Shown here in pieces: positions 29,453-39,581 of a stretch of 64,000 nt of DNA. The notes beneath the pieces are model-generated. The model searched no databases. It saw nothing but the letters and a program-made list of their open reading frames with translations, and was not told the DNA's origin. The DNA comes from a virus. Both the position numbers and the translations under genes were made by a program. The stretch spans positions 96,875 through 160,874 of the IMG/VR virus record IMGVR_UViG_3300017605_000342. One strand, written 5' to 3'. Position 1 is the first letter of the stretch, and each line of letters opens with the position of its first letter.

Positions 29453-30777
29453 TAAATACCACGTTCGTTACAATAGATATATTTATTTTCCGGCTGGTTT
29501 AATAACATTGCTGCCAATGCTAGTGAAATAACACAGTCGTCAAACTTTTGTCTACCTCTTGGAGCACTATATTGAACAACACCGCCCGGTGTTATGTGGA
29601 TCTCATAATCTTCCAACTCTCGCATCAATTCGGGAATATTAGGGTACGTGATCTTGCGTTGCTCAATCATGACGCGTAGATTTTCTATGGCTTCACGTTT
29701 AGCGATGTTGGTGTAAAACCGATATGGAATCACATTCAAACCAGAAACCTGCAAGGTGTTGAATATCGGATCTCCCTGAGAAGTTGCGTCCATTATTAGA
29801 ATCGCATTATTATAACGACGACATACGTCGATAATACGAGTATATTGCAGTTGCCAGTCTATTTCATTAAAACGTTCAAAATAAACAACTCGCCGACGAT
29901 TAAGGTCTACTACCGTTATAACAGTGTAGTCGTGTGACCTTGCTAAGTCTAGCCCAACACCATACCTAGTATGCGGGTTAGGCAGCTCTCCGATACCATC
30001 CCAAGGACCATGTACGCAGTCCTTGTAAGTACCGAACACTGTTGAAGCGTTGTCCAAAAACTCTGCTTCAATTTCCTGGCGAAACACCTCTGTGGGCATG
30101 TTTCTGCGAGCATCTTCGATGTCTTCCGGTTTGATCCACGGATTTGCCCACGTGGGCATTCTCATCGAAAACCACTCTGGGTGTGGATCAATCTCGCCTT
30201 TGCCTAAACGTTCCTTGTTCCCGCGCTGGAAGAAATCGTAGAACAAGTTATGCCCTTTAGGGGTTGACAGAAAAATAACTCGACCACGAGTCTGTGTGAT
30301 AGTCGTTCTAAACGAATCGTAGGCAGCGTCTTTGATACGCGCCATCTCGTCTGCAACTATTAAGTGAACTCTGAATCCTCGCAGTTTGTCTTCGTCTTCC
30401 GCAGTTTTGAACCACATTTCGCTATGCGGTTCGCCATCAGGCCGAAATAACGTAATCATGTTTTCTTTCTTGGATTCTTCCCAAGAGCCTTTCGGCAACA
30501 ATTTCTTTACGTAATCTTTTCCAACTTCTGCCTGCGCGTATGACGGCGCGATCCACCAATTCACCGACTCCGGTGTTTCCCACGCATGCTTTGTGAATAC
30601 GATACTAGCACCGTAGGATTTTCCTGCTTTTGATCCCCATGCTCCAACCACGTAGCGGATTTTGGGATCTCTATAAAATGCCATTAGCAACTGAGCTTGA
30701 CGATCATATAACTCAGGTAAAATTAAAACTACATCCTTTGCCGCTGGCGGGCGTGGTGGTTGAACTATTCCTTGCAT
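29452..30777 (-). CDS. terL: Terminase large subunit
   Basis: Walker A GSKAGKS, Walker B LIVADE, motif III STP, nuclease GLDLARSHD and FDDCVISLA. Confidence 0.93.
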   Translation of the reverse strand: MQGIVQPPRPPAAKDVVLILPELYDRQAQLLMAFYRDPKIRYVVGAWGSKAGKSYGASIVFTKHAWETPESVNWWIAPSYAQAEVGKDYVKKLLPKGSWEESKKENMITLFRPDGEPHSEMWFKTAEDEDKLRGFRVHLIVADEMARIKDAAYDSFRTTITQTRGRVIFLSTPKGHNLFYDFFQRGNKERLGKGEIDPHPEWFSMRMPTWANPWIKPEDIEDARRNMPTEVFRQEIEAEFLDNASTVFGTYKDCVHGPWDGIGELPNPHTRYGVGLDLARSHDYTVITVVDLNRRRVVYFERFNEIDWQLQYTRIIDVCRRYNNAILIMDATSQGDPIFNTLQVSGLNVIPYRFYTNIAKREAIENLRVMIEQRKITYPNIPELMRELEDYEIHITPGGVVQYSAPRGRQKFDDCVISLALAAMLLNQPENKYIYCNERGI

Positions 30778-30781
30778 TTAA

Positions 30782-31393
30782 CTACTCCGACGGTACAGTC
30801 CCGTCGTCAGACTCCTTAGGCGCTTGTATCAACGCCTTGTAATGGTATTGCGGACCATCTTCATGAATCTTGTCCACAATTTCTTTGGCTCTGTTCTGGT
30901 CTTGTACCGTCTCGGTTACCACAGTCCCATCGTGAGTATTGACTACTGCGATGTGTACGTATGATGGAGCATGTGCTCCAGCAACGTTCTTAGGCAACCA
31001 ACCAAAGTCTTGAAGGAGTTTTAACATTTGTACTCGCATGTCGAAAATCATCTTACATGCTTGGTTAAATGTAGGCGATCCTTCTCTCGCCTGCTTCTTG
31101 TTACGCTCTAAATCTGCTCGCTGTTTTTCAAAGTCTTGAAAAATGTCTGCAATAACGAAGTTAATATCTTTGTTATCTGCTAAAGCTTTAACTGCGTCTT
31201 CGCGGACCTTTTTACGATCTACACGGATCATGCGCTCTGTAACGCCGAATATCTTTGCCAGATCAACGTTAGTGCGGGATGTATCACCCATCACTTGCAG
31301 CCACTCTAAAACATGGCGACGTTGTTGTGTTGTTACCTTTTCACCGTTCTGCGCTCTAGCCCACAGCTCTTTCGCTGTCAGTGCGTGTGTCAT
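30782..31393 (-). CDS. Terminase small subunit (putative)
   Basis: N-terminal HTH (NVDLAKIFGVTERMIRVD); directly upstream of TerL. Confidence 0.65.
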   Translation of the reverse strand: MTHALTAKELWARAQNGEKVTTQQRRHVLEWLQVMGDTSRTNVDLAKIFGVTERMIRVDRKKVREDAVKALADNKDINFVIADIFQDFEKQRADLERNKKQAREGSPTFNQACKMIFDMRVQMLKLLQDFGWLPKNVAGAHAPSYVHIAVVNTHDGTVVTETVQDQNRAKEIVDKIHEDGPQYHYKALIQAPKESDDGTVPSE

Positions 31394-31778
31394 TTAGTAA
31401 TACCAGCCATCCTTGTGTTTGTGTGAGACAGGTTTGTGCTGACACTAAAGCGTCATCATTTATATCAGTCGAACTAACTACACCATGAACCCTAAATCCA
31501 CGTAAATGGCACGGGTTGTTCGCTGATCTAAACCAAATCTCAGACCCGTTGTCAAAATACAACGTATGTTCGCGTTTGTTAATCTTGGGGAAATTGGGTT
31601 TTAGCTGTGGCCCGAAATACTGACCTTCTGGGTTGCAGCAATCTAGAATATCCTGTAAGACTAACTCACTATCTTTGTAAGTCTGATCCAACCAAATATA
31701 GACGGTGTTAGGATGTTGCACACCGTCTAATATTTTCTCAATTGCCTCAAGCTTAGTTGCTTGAGAGATTCTTGTCAT
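31356..31778 (-). CDS. Truncated TerL-ATPase-like paralog
   Basis: SEIWFRSANNPCHLRGFRVHGVV...TCLTQTQGWLVLL aligns with TerL SEMWFKTAEDEDKLRGFRVHLIV...TTITQTRGRVIFL. Confidence 0.6.
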   Translation of the reverse strand: MTRISQATKLEAIEKILDGVQHPNTVYIWLDQTYKDSELVLQDILDCCNPEGQYFGPQLKPNFPKINKREHTLYFDNGSEIWFRSANNPCHLRGFRVHGVVSSTDINDDALVSAQTCLTQTQGWLVLLNDTRTDSERAVG

Positions 31779-31991
31779 ATTACCTGATCTTTGGTAATGG
31801 GGGCAATGCTCCCAATAACCCAAATCCTTGGAGTACCCAGAGGATTACAGCTACGACAACGACAATGTTAAAAATCTTTTTGATTGTTGGGTCCATAGGT
31901 ATGTAGGTATTAACCAACCATAACAAGACACCAACGACGATTATCCAAATAAACATGGTATTTCTACCCGCTCATAAGAACTGAGCTTATG

Positions 31992-32067
31992 TGGTTGCGT
32001 CGGCCTGAGTCGAACAGGTGATTTCAAGGTTATGAGTCTTGCGAGCCGCCGTTGCTCCATCCCCGCA
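31992..32067 (-). tRNA. tRNA-Met(CAT)-like, degenerate
   Basis: Anticodon loop CTCATAA, T-loop TTCGACT, CCA; two mismatches in the acceptor stem (TGCGGGG/CGACGCA). Confidence 0.65.
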
Positions 32068-32072
32068 CCATT

Positions 32073-32105
32073 AAAAGAAAAAGGCCACCGTTGCCAGTGG
32101 CCTTT
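32073..32105 (-). terminator. Intrinsic terminator upstream of the packaging/structural operon
   Basis: AAAGGCCAC-TG-GCAA-CG-GTGGCCTTT followed by a T-rich tract. Confidence 0.75.
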
Positions 32106-32229
32106 CAAGTCCTGCCTTAAGTTGTCTCTATGCGGCAAACGATATGACTAATCGTATGGGTGAGGCCGCGTACAACGTTGATAATTTTCAACCGGAAGGA
32201 ACTTCTTCTCTAATTACAGTCTACCATAT

Positions 32230-33495
32230 TTAGACTACTGTATTTGAATCATGTTTGTCAATATATTCAGCTATCTTTCTGTGCTCATCCGCTGTGCCGT
32301 TACTTTTTATAGTATTAGCTTTGCTGGAGATTATTAGCACATTTCCCTTAGAATATCCCATACTAGGGTTTATTCTATCAAAGCTAGGACTATTGTCTTG
32401 TTTCTTTTCCGAGAAATAATCCAACTCAGTTCCAAGTATAGGACAATGAGTAGGCCAATAAATGTCTTGGAATTTCAGTGTAAAAGAAACCTTCCTGTGA
32501 CGGCTGTTGTACTTCTTGTAGCGAAAGCGTGCACGCTGGGCCGACAATAGATCCCGCTCTTCTCTACTCAAAGATACGTCTACAGCGTTGGGTGAATGAA
32601 TGCCAAACTTACGTCTAAGAAAGTGTATTCTCTGCCTAGACATACCCAAAAGCTCCGCAATCTGCGCGTTGTTTTTATCTACAGATTTCTCTAGAAACTC
32701 CTTGAGGTCACTTTGCGATAGTTTCCTGTTGTATGGATTACTTCCTATACAAGCACGACAGCGGAATCCAAATCTTCTTTTATCGATGTATAAAAAGTTA
32801 TCCTCGTTTAAAAGTTTAAACTTTCCACAACCTACGCAACATCTATCCTTCTTATCAGTGAAGTCTTCATCAACGGGCTGTTCTCTAAGTAGACTGTGCA
32901 CCTTATCTAAACATGTAGTAGGAAACTTATGTTTTTTAAGTAACTCTATCCACACTGGTAGTAAAACATCAAGATTCTCTTTGTCAATTATAATCTTTCT
33001 TGACATTACTCCATTATGCCAAGATTTGTTCTCTTTACTTAGATACAATGATAAGCTATGTGTTTTATTGAAAACATCTACAAGACGTTGTAAGTCTTCT
33101 CTGGAAAACCCAACAAAGCGTAGTCCAACGTGGTAGGGGCCTAAAATTTTACCACGATCCAAGTACGCTACAAGCAAACCCAAATACCCCAACGTAGCAC
33201 CAAGATTACTGGGGATATGTCGCTTGTAGTGGCCTTCCCAATAAAACCAATCCCTCATCGTTGCTAAAATACCTTCATCTCGGCATTCTAGTAACACTGG
33301 ATCTTCTGATCCAATAATACGCGCCTTGTCTAAACCTAAATGATCCGCTTTCCATCGCAGGTAATCTATTAATTTGAGAGGTTGTTTCTCACAGTATAGT
33401 AACCCGTATTCTCTTTTTACAATACCACCAGTAGTTAGTAAACTTCCTAGCAAAACTTGATTATACTTTGCCTCCGGTGTTTGTGGTTGTTCCAT
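32230..33495 (-). CDS. Homing-endonuclease-derived fusion (degenerate LAGLIDADG + Zn finger + HTH + HNH-like)
   Basis: LLGSLLTTGG and LLVAYLDRG helices; CxxC pairs; NAQIAELLGMSRQRIH HTH; CPILG...SFDRINPSMGYSKGNVLIISSKANTIK. Confidence 0.7.
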   Translation of the reverse strand: MEQPQTPEAKYNQVLLGSLLTTGGIVKREYGLLYCEKQPLKLIDYLRWKADHLGLDKARIIGSEDPVLLECRDEGILATMRDWFYWEGHYKRHIPSNLGATLGYLGLLVAYLDRGKILGPYHVGLRFVGFSREDLQRLVDVFNKTHSLSLYLSKENKSWHNGVMSRKIIIDKENLDVLLPVWIELLKKHKFPTTCLDKVHSLLREQPVDEDFTDKKDRCCVGCGKFKLLNEDNFLYIDKRRFGFRCRACIGSNPYNRKLSQSDLKEFLEKSVDKNNAQIAELLGMSRQRIHFLRRKFGIHSPNAVDVSLSREERDLLSAQRARFRYKKYNSRHRKVSFTLKFQDIYWPTHCPILGTELDYFSEKKQDNSPSFDRINPSMGYSKGNVLIISSKANTIKSNGTADEHRKIAEYIDKHDSNTVV

Positions 33496-34144
33496 TCTTT
33501 AGTAACTCCTCATTTTGCACAGCTTGATCTTCTGCTTTAAACGTGTAGCCTTTTGTCAAACCACCACGGTATGCTGTAGTATTGGAGCTTAGCGATGCAA
33601 ACACATTGTTAACCCCACCAGCGGTTGCAGCATAAGTGATCGTGCCAGTAGTTGGGATAGACAAGCGGTTTCCAACGTCAAACGCATCCTGGTTTGCACC
33701 CAAGTACACAAACTGCCAGTTGTAAACTGTAGTCTGATGTTCGATTTTCTGACGCACCGCTTCTATACCAAATCTACGGCTAGCATTCTCCAGCCCGTCT
33801 GTCATAATCACAAAAAGCACTTTGGCAGGACGTGACGATGGTGCAATAGCACGGAGTCTAGCACCGACTTCATCGATTGTACGCCCCAACGCGTCCAACA
33901 GCGCTGTGCTGTTGCGCGGAACAAAATCGTCTAGACCTAGCAACTGTACCTCGTTGATGTCTTTTGCAGAATAGTTAATCTCATATCTATCGTCGAACTG
34001 AATCAGTGATACGCGGGCTTGACCCGACGCTTTCTTCTGGTCAGTGATGAACGTGTTGATACCACCGATGGTGTCCATACGAATGGACTCCATAGAACCA
34101 GATCGATCCAATAGAATCACAATTTCGGTCAAATCTTCTTTCAT
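33461..34144 (-). CDS. von Willebrand factor A domain protein
   Basis: MIDAS LLDRSGSM, TALLDA and MTDGLENAS; probable start MKEDLTE at 34144. Confidence 0.88.
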   Translation of the reverse strand: MKEDLTEIVILLDRSGSMESIRMDTIGGINTFITDQKKASGQARVSLIQFDDRYEINYSAKDINEVQLLGLDDFVPRNSTALLDALGRTIDEVGARLRAIAPSSRPAKVLFVIMTDGLENASRRFGIEAVRQKIEHQTTVYNWQFVYLGANQDAFDVGNRLSIPTTGTITYAATAGGVNNVFASLSSNTTAYRGGLTKGYTFKAEDQAVQNEELLKNGTTTNTGGKV

Positions 34145-34419
34145 TAGTTTTCCCTCAATAAGCATCACACCAAGCTGCATGGCCTGGTGATCCAAGACTT
34201 ACAGCCCCACATGTACACTTCTTGCCCGTAACGGTTGGGCTGCTCGTCATCGTCACGGTCATTTCAGGAATCATGTCACCCTCTTGTACTTCTGGGAATG
34301 ATGGGTGTTCCAAAACAAAGTAGTGGCAAGCCCGCAAAAGATCATCACCAAAATTCATGAACTTTGCATCGTCTGGTACTAACATTAGGGCTTGTTTGAT
34401 ATGGCTAAATTCTAAGTAG

Positions 34420-34671
34420 TCATTCAGCCGCAGTAACTTTAACCTTCGACTTGTGGTGGCCACTGGGTTTACTCCTACGTTTAATTTCTGATACGAATGT
34501 AATCCCTAAAAAAGTGTTTATTTTACTAATAGTCTCTTCTGAAGGAAGATTAACACCTTTGCACAAGTTGTAAAATCCCTGACGTGAAAGTCCCACCGCA
34601 GAACAGAACTCGGATATAGTATAATGCTTATTCAATACTTCTTCTTTTATGATTCTCTCGAACTCAGTCAT
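34420..34671 (-). CDS. XRE/Cro-family HTH regulator
   Basis: TISEFCSAVGLSRQGFYNLCKGVNLPS; SD AAGGAG before the ATG at 34671; first gene of the left arm. Confidence 0.75.
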   Translation of the reverse strand: MTEFERIIKEEVLNKHYTISEFCSAVGLSRQGFYNLCKGVNLPSEETISKINTFLGITFVSEIKRRSKPSGHHKSKVKVTAAE

Positions 34672-34697
34672 ATAACAATACTCCTTTATACTCTCGG

Positions 34698-34726
34698 ACT
34701 TTATCATACTCCAGTCTGACTGTCAA
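34698..34726 (-). promoter_or_regulatory. Leftward sigma70-like promoter
   Basis: TTGACA-17 nt-TAAAGT with a TGn extension. Confidence 0.65.
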
Positions 34727-34741
34727 GGGAAATCTTTTTTC

Positions 34742-34770
34742 TTGACAAAAATCATAATTGGGTGTAGCTT
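34742..34770 (+). promoter_or_regulatory. Rightward sigma70-like promoter
   Basis: TTGACA-17 nt-TAGCTT at the strand-switch point. Confidence 0.6.
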
Positions 34771-35694
34771 TGTTTTGCGTTTCCGGTGTCTGCGTGGATT
34801 AGGTAGTTACTTACAGGGATAGTAGAGTCGGGAGCATCCATGACATTCTCCATGAGGGTATGCCAAGACTATGACAGGAGAGCAATGCTTTTACTGTAGG
34901 CGTGGGGACCATCGTAAGTGTCGTAGAATCAAGCTAGATTCAAAAATGTGTGAGTGCAAATGCGATTATGCTAAAGATTTCCGCCAAGATGCCGTATTAT
35001 ACCAAGAGCTTGACGGCAGCAACATTGTGGCTGTGTACCAACGACTATTCCCTTGGAAGAGGTTGAGAACTATATGAGTTATCAGGATACCAGATATTCA
35101 GCTAAGAAGTTTGTTGCAGAGAAGTTGCTGGGACGACCGCTAACCCCAGAAGAAAAAGACATTGTAGATGAGTTTGTTGAATTGGTTTGGAGAGATGCTG
35201 TCAGCTACGACGCTGTTTGGGACAGCGACTAATCGGAGAAAATAATGGGAAATCAAACACATAGAGGGACGTGCGGGGGAGCCAGACCGCCTGTGGAATT
35301 GAACGAGGATGCGCTGAAGGCTGCGATGGAGTACGCACCTGAAGGCTTCGAGGAAGACGAAATTGAGCCGATCATTAACGCCTACCTCGCTGCCCTGCCC
35401 AAGCAGGAGACTACAAATGAAAATTGAGACTGTAGGCGATTTGAAACAAGCGCTGGACCTCTTTGGTGATTTTACGCGGGTTCTCGCCACATCAGCGTCC
35501 ATCTGCACACCCATTGGTGACTTGTACCTAGCTGCGGACGGGACGCTACTGATTGATGTGGATGCTGATCCTGGCGGTCAGTATAAGGAATTCTTTCAGA
35601 GAGGCAGACTGCAACCATCTAAGCGCATGGAGCCGCCGTTGAAGGAACGTGAGGTATTTCCGAGATAATGACCCGCCCAAAACTAGGAGACTGA

Positions 35695-36159
35695 ATGAAC
35701 ATACCTTTCAAGGTGTACCTAGCAGGACCAATAGCCGGATTGAACTATGCAGGCGCAACAGAATGGCGTAATCGAGCAACAGAGTTGATTGCCGAGAAGT
35801 CTTCTGGTGCAATCCTACCCTACAGCCCGATGCGTTCCAAAGAGTACCTAGCTGGTGAAACTTCCATCGGTGGAGATTATCCACAACCAATGTCCACTGC
35901 CAGAGCAATCGTCACCCGAGACTTCAATGACGTTAAAACCGCCGACCTTATCTTGGTCAACTTGCTAGGCGCACAAAAAGTGTCGATTGGCACCGTAGCA
36001 GAAATTGCCTGGTGCAAGGTGCTGTTCAAGCCTGCGATCCTTGTCATGGAACGTAGCGGGAATGTCCATGACCATCCTTTTATCACAGAGGTAGTGGGGT
36101 TTCGAGTAGAAACACTTGAAGATGCTGCTACCCTAGCCTGCCATATTTTGCTACCATGA
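35695..36159 (+). CDS. Nucleoside 2-deoxyribosyltransferase-like protein
   Basis: VYLAGPI...DFNDVKTADLILV...SIGTVAEIAW. Confidence 0.82.
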   Translation: MNIPFKVYLAGPIAGLNYAGATEWRNRATELIAEKSSGAILPYSPMRSKEYLAGETSIGGDYPQPMSTARAIVTRDFNDVKTADLILVNLLGAQKVSIGTVAEIAWCKVLFKPAILVMERSGNVHDHPFITEVVGFRVETLEDAATLACHILLP

Positions 36160-36744
36160 CTTGTTCTTATCAGTGGGTTCTGGACCTATACAACAACGCA
36201 CGTGGTATGACTCGTGAGGAATATGATGCTTACACGATCAGAGAAGCAAATCGCCGCAAAGACAGAAAAGATAAGAAAACTGTATCAAGAAATAAACGAC
36301 ATAAAAGGAAAAATGGGTAAATGCACTCATGCGTTTTATCATCCGTACTCGTGGGAACATGACAACGGCTATGGTAGGCAGTCCATGCATAAGGGTAGGA
36401 GATGCTCAACCTGTGGTGCCGTGGACCTTTGGAATGATGGTGGTTGGGTAACTCAAGAGGATATACGACGTGGCTATTAAATGCAGATTATCTGACGGAT
36501 ATTACGAGGAGGGTTAGTGTCGGCTATCATAAAATACACCTGTGATTTGTGCGGGTTTGACATAGTTAAAAACGAAGATTCAGTAGGGTTGATATGGCCT
36601 GTAAATCCACTTACAAAGAAAAGTGTTAATTTTGTTGATATGAGTGCAACTAACATGCACGCTCACGTAAGATGTTTAGAAGCTATTAGAGAAACTTGTG
36701 TTAATCGAGAAAATTTTATCAAATCTCAGAACTGCAAGGTGTAA

Positions 36745-38994
36745 ATGGACTATCTAAAAACAAACATCACGTTTATCGATCATATAGACAAGTTGCCCGC
36801 ATTAGCTGACTTCTTTCGACGCAAGAAAGAGATCTGCTGGGACTTGGAAACCAACGTTACCGACGAAGTTTGGGATCGCAGAATACGTACAATGTCTTTC
36901 GGAGACATGGAAGAACAGTACGTAGTTGACATGCTGGCCTTCACGCCGGATTTGGTTAACACCCAAGGGTTTTTCATAGGCAACCCCTGCTACAAACCGC
37001 TGCTAGACATTATTACCCCAGTCTTGGATTCTCCAGACTGGATTAAGATTGGTTACAACTTGGAATTTGAGTACGTTACTACACGCTGGTGTTTAGGTAT
37101 CTGGCCTTGGAAGTTCTTTTGTAGTTTCCAAGCTGAGAAGGTTTTACTGTGTGGTAGATGGTCGTTTAAGATCAAAGGGTTTTGGGGTTTGGATGACGTT
37201 TTGAAAAGATACTTCGGTATCGAGTTGGACAAAAACCTCCAGAAAAGCTTTGACCTAATCACCCCACTTACCCCAGAGCAAATCACATACGCTGCTCTCG
37301 ACGTTAGCCTACCTAAGTTACTAAAAGACACTCAAGTAGAAAAATTACAAAGCTTCAAGTTAATACCTACTGTAGAAATTGAAAACAACACAGTACCAGC
37401 ATTTGGTGAGCAGTACCTAAACGGTATCAAGCTGGATACTATCGAATGGCAGAAGCGTATTGAAGAGTTAAAAATCAAAAAAGCCGAGCTACTAAAGGCT
37501 TTGGATGAAGCCTTCATTCCTGTGTGTGGTATAAAAGCTATGCCAGATATAAACCTAAACCGCATGGAACAAGAATGGCGTGACACCATACCAGACAAGG
37601 TTTACCGCAAAACGCTGAACAAAGAGCAGAAGGCTGCTTACGACGACGAAATCCGTAAAGCGCGGGCGGCTAAGAAGGCGATATACAGCGAAAATTCAAA
37701 GCGTGTCACTGAAATGCGCACTCGTATCGCAGACTGTGAGGGAGAGGCTCTGATCAACTATAACTCTCCAAGCCAACTACTGGCAGTATTGCCCAAGTTG
37801 GGAGTTCCCGTAGAGGAATTGCCAGACACTAACGAGCGCACCCTGATAAAACTGTCAAGTAAATATGCCGCAGTCAAAGTACTGAGAGATTTCCGTGGAG
37901 TTAAAAAGCTTGAAGGCACTTACGGACAGCCGTTCTTGGATCATATCAGTCCGGTTACAGGTAGGATACATTCTCACTTACATCAGATTGGTGCTGAAAC
38001 TGGACGTGCCAGTTCTACCAGACCGAACATTTTCAATCTCCCACAGGGAGAAGAGTGGCGGCGTGGGTTTATTGCCGAACCAGGCAACAAGATCATAACC
38101 ACCGACTTTTCAGGCCAAGAGTTACGTATCCTGACCGAAGTCTCCCAAGAACCTGTGTGGGTCAAGGCTTTCCGGTTAGGCTGGGACGTACACTCGGTCG
38201 TTGCTGAAATGATATTCGGTGATGATTGGCGTAACGGTTTTGTTAAAGACGGTAAGTTTAATGGAACTGAAGTCTTTTATAGTAAAGGTCATCCAAGAGA
38301 AGGACAACCTATAGACGATTGTGGTTACTATTTTAATGAAAAGAAAAAGTGTGACTGCCCTAGACACAAAAAATTACGTAACAACGTTAAGTCTATTAAC
38401 TTCGGTATTGCTTATGGAATGACCGAAAACAAGCTCTCAGAAGAATTGGGCATTACGCGTGGTGAAGCCCGCATGCTTCTGGAGAACTACTACCAGGCCG
38501 TAAGAGTCTTGAAGAATTATCTTGACAAATCGGGAAATTTTGCTAAGCTAAACTTCAAAGCTTTCACCGTGGGTGGTCGAGTACGTTATTTCAAGAAACC
38601 CACGAGAGAGTACATTATCAAGTTGCTGGTAGAAGACGGTATAGAGAAGCCCACTTGGGAAGAGATTTCCCGCAAACAGTGGTCGTTAAATGCTTCGATA
38701 GAACGTGAAGGTAAAAACACGGTCATACAAGGTACAGGCGCTGATATGCTCAAGCTTGCAATAGGTGCGGGTTTTGACGAAAAAGGCCGACCGTATCTGT
38801 GGCATATTTTGAGACAAGCTGGCGCTAAGTTGGTAAACAATGTCTACGACGAAGTTGTTGTTGAATGTAACGAGAAACAAGTCAGCGACCTTGGCCCGAT
38901 CATTTCAGAGAGAATGTGCGCGGCTGCCGGCACGTTTGTTAAATCGATACCGTTCGATACAGAGCAGCATGTAGAAAATCATTGGCAGAAATAG
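36745..38994 (+). CDS. polA: DNA polymerase family A with 3'-5' exonuclease
   Basis: Exo WDLET and YAALDV; TGRASS..PN; motif A DFSGQELR; motif B KSINFGIAYG; motif C VYDE. Confidence 0.95.
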   Translation: MDYLKTNITFIDHIDKLPALADFFRRKKEICWDLETNVTDEVWDRRIRTMSFGDMEEQYVVDMLAFTPDLVNTQGFFIGNPCYKPLLDIITPVLDSPDWIKIGYNLEFEYVTTRWCLGIWPWKFFCSFQAEKVLLCGRWSFKIKGFWGLDDVLKRYFGIELDKNLQKSFDLITPLTPEQITYAALDVSLPKLLKDTQVEKLQSFKLIPTVEIENNTVPAFGEQYLNGIKLDTIEWQKRIEELKIKKAELLKALDEAFIPVCGIKAMPDINLNRMEQEWRDTIPDKVYRKTLNKEQKAAYDDEIRKARAAKKAIYSENSKRVTEMRTRIADCEGEALINYNSPSQLLAVLPKLGVPVEELPDTNERTLIKLSSKYAAVKVLRDFRGVKKLEGTYGQPFLDHISPVTGRIHSHLHQIGAETGRASSTRPNIFNLPQGEEWRRGFIAEPGNKIITTDFSGQELRILTEVSQEPVWVKAFRLGWDVHSVVAEMIFGDDWRNGFVKDGKFNGTEVFYSKGHPREGQPIDDCGYYFNEKKKCDCPRHKKLRNNVKSINFGIAYGMTENKLSEELGITRGEARMLLENYYQAVRVLKNYLDKSGNFAKLNFKAFTVGGRVRYFKKPTREYIIKLLVEDGIEKPTWEEISRKQWSLNASIEREGKNTVIQGTGADMLKLAIGAGFDEKGRPYLWHILRQAGAKLVNNVYDEVVVECNEKQVSDLGPIISERMCAAAGTFVKSIPFDTEQHVENHWQK

Positions 38995-39372
38995 AGGCAC
39001 CATGACAAAATCGGTTAGAATAGAAAACGCAGATACTTCTTCCTATAAGGTGAAAGTTTACATAGAGCGTAAAGATCCAATGAATGGTGAATGGGTTAGA
39101 GACAGTGCCGTCAAGTCCTTGGATTTCCCTACGCATATGTTGTCAGAGTATATCCACGACAGTCAGAGACTAGTTATTGAAGAAGCATGACACCCATAGA
39201 ACTCTTTAACATAGATTGTCATGGTAGTAAAGAAGACGTTTTGTTTATAAAACGCCTGCGAGAATTTTTTGATGATGACGAGATAGAGGAAATTTTGGAA
39301 GCTATAACAGACACGTGCAGATGGTGCTGGAACAACAACTCAGATTGTTATTGTATGTGTGATGACTAATGT

Positions 39373-39449
39373 GGGGGCGCATGTACCAAGGGCGGCGATA
39401 TGCACTTGCAATGCAAATGTGGTGGGTTCAATTCCCACCGTCTCCACCA
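39373..39449 (+). tRNA. tRNA-Ala(TGC), copy 2
   Basis: GGGGGCG/CGTCTCC with G3:U70, loop CTTGCAA, T-loop TTCAATT, CCA; similar to 10022..10096. Confidence 0.85.
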
Positions 39450-39454
39450 AACAG

Positions 39455-39581
39455 ATTCTTGGTTCCTTGTGCGGGACGGCGACTTTCGTAGATTCCCGGC
39501 AGCACCGGCAATCCTTAACAAGCTGCGTGAGAGCGCACATTTCGAGAGGCTGAGACTCATAAGCCACTTTCACGGCCAAGA
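39455..39581 (+). ncRNA. Candidate structured RNA of unknown class
   Basis: Terminal ATTCTTGG/CCAAGAAT pairing enclosing the hairpins GATTCCCGG-CAGCA-CCGGCAATC, TGCGT-GAGA-GCGCA and GGCT..AGCC; intergenic. Confidence 0.35.

Noticed and set aside
10107-32166. Shared 10-mer GCCTCACCCA between the post-capsid terminator and the 32.1-kb leader RNA (possible trans-antitermination)
   Set aside because: A single 10-nt match is expected by chance in 64 kb.
34420-34770. Lysogeny switch / prophage call
   Set aside because: Divergent promoters and one HTH gene are present, but no integrase, att site or host genes lie in the window, so lifestyle cannot be assigned.
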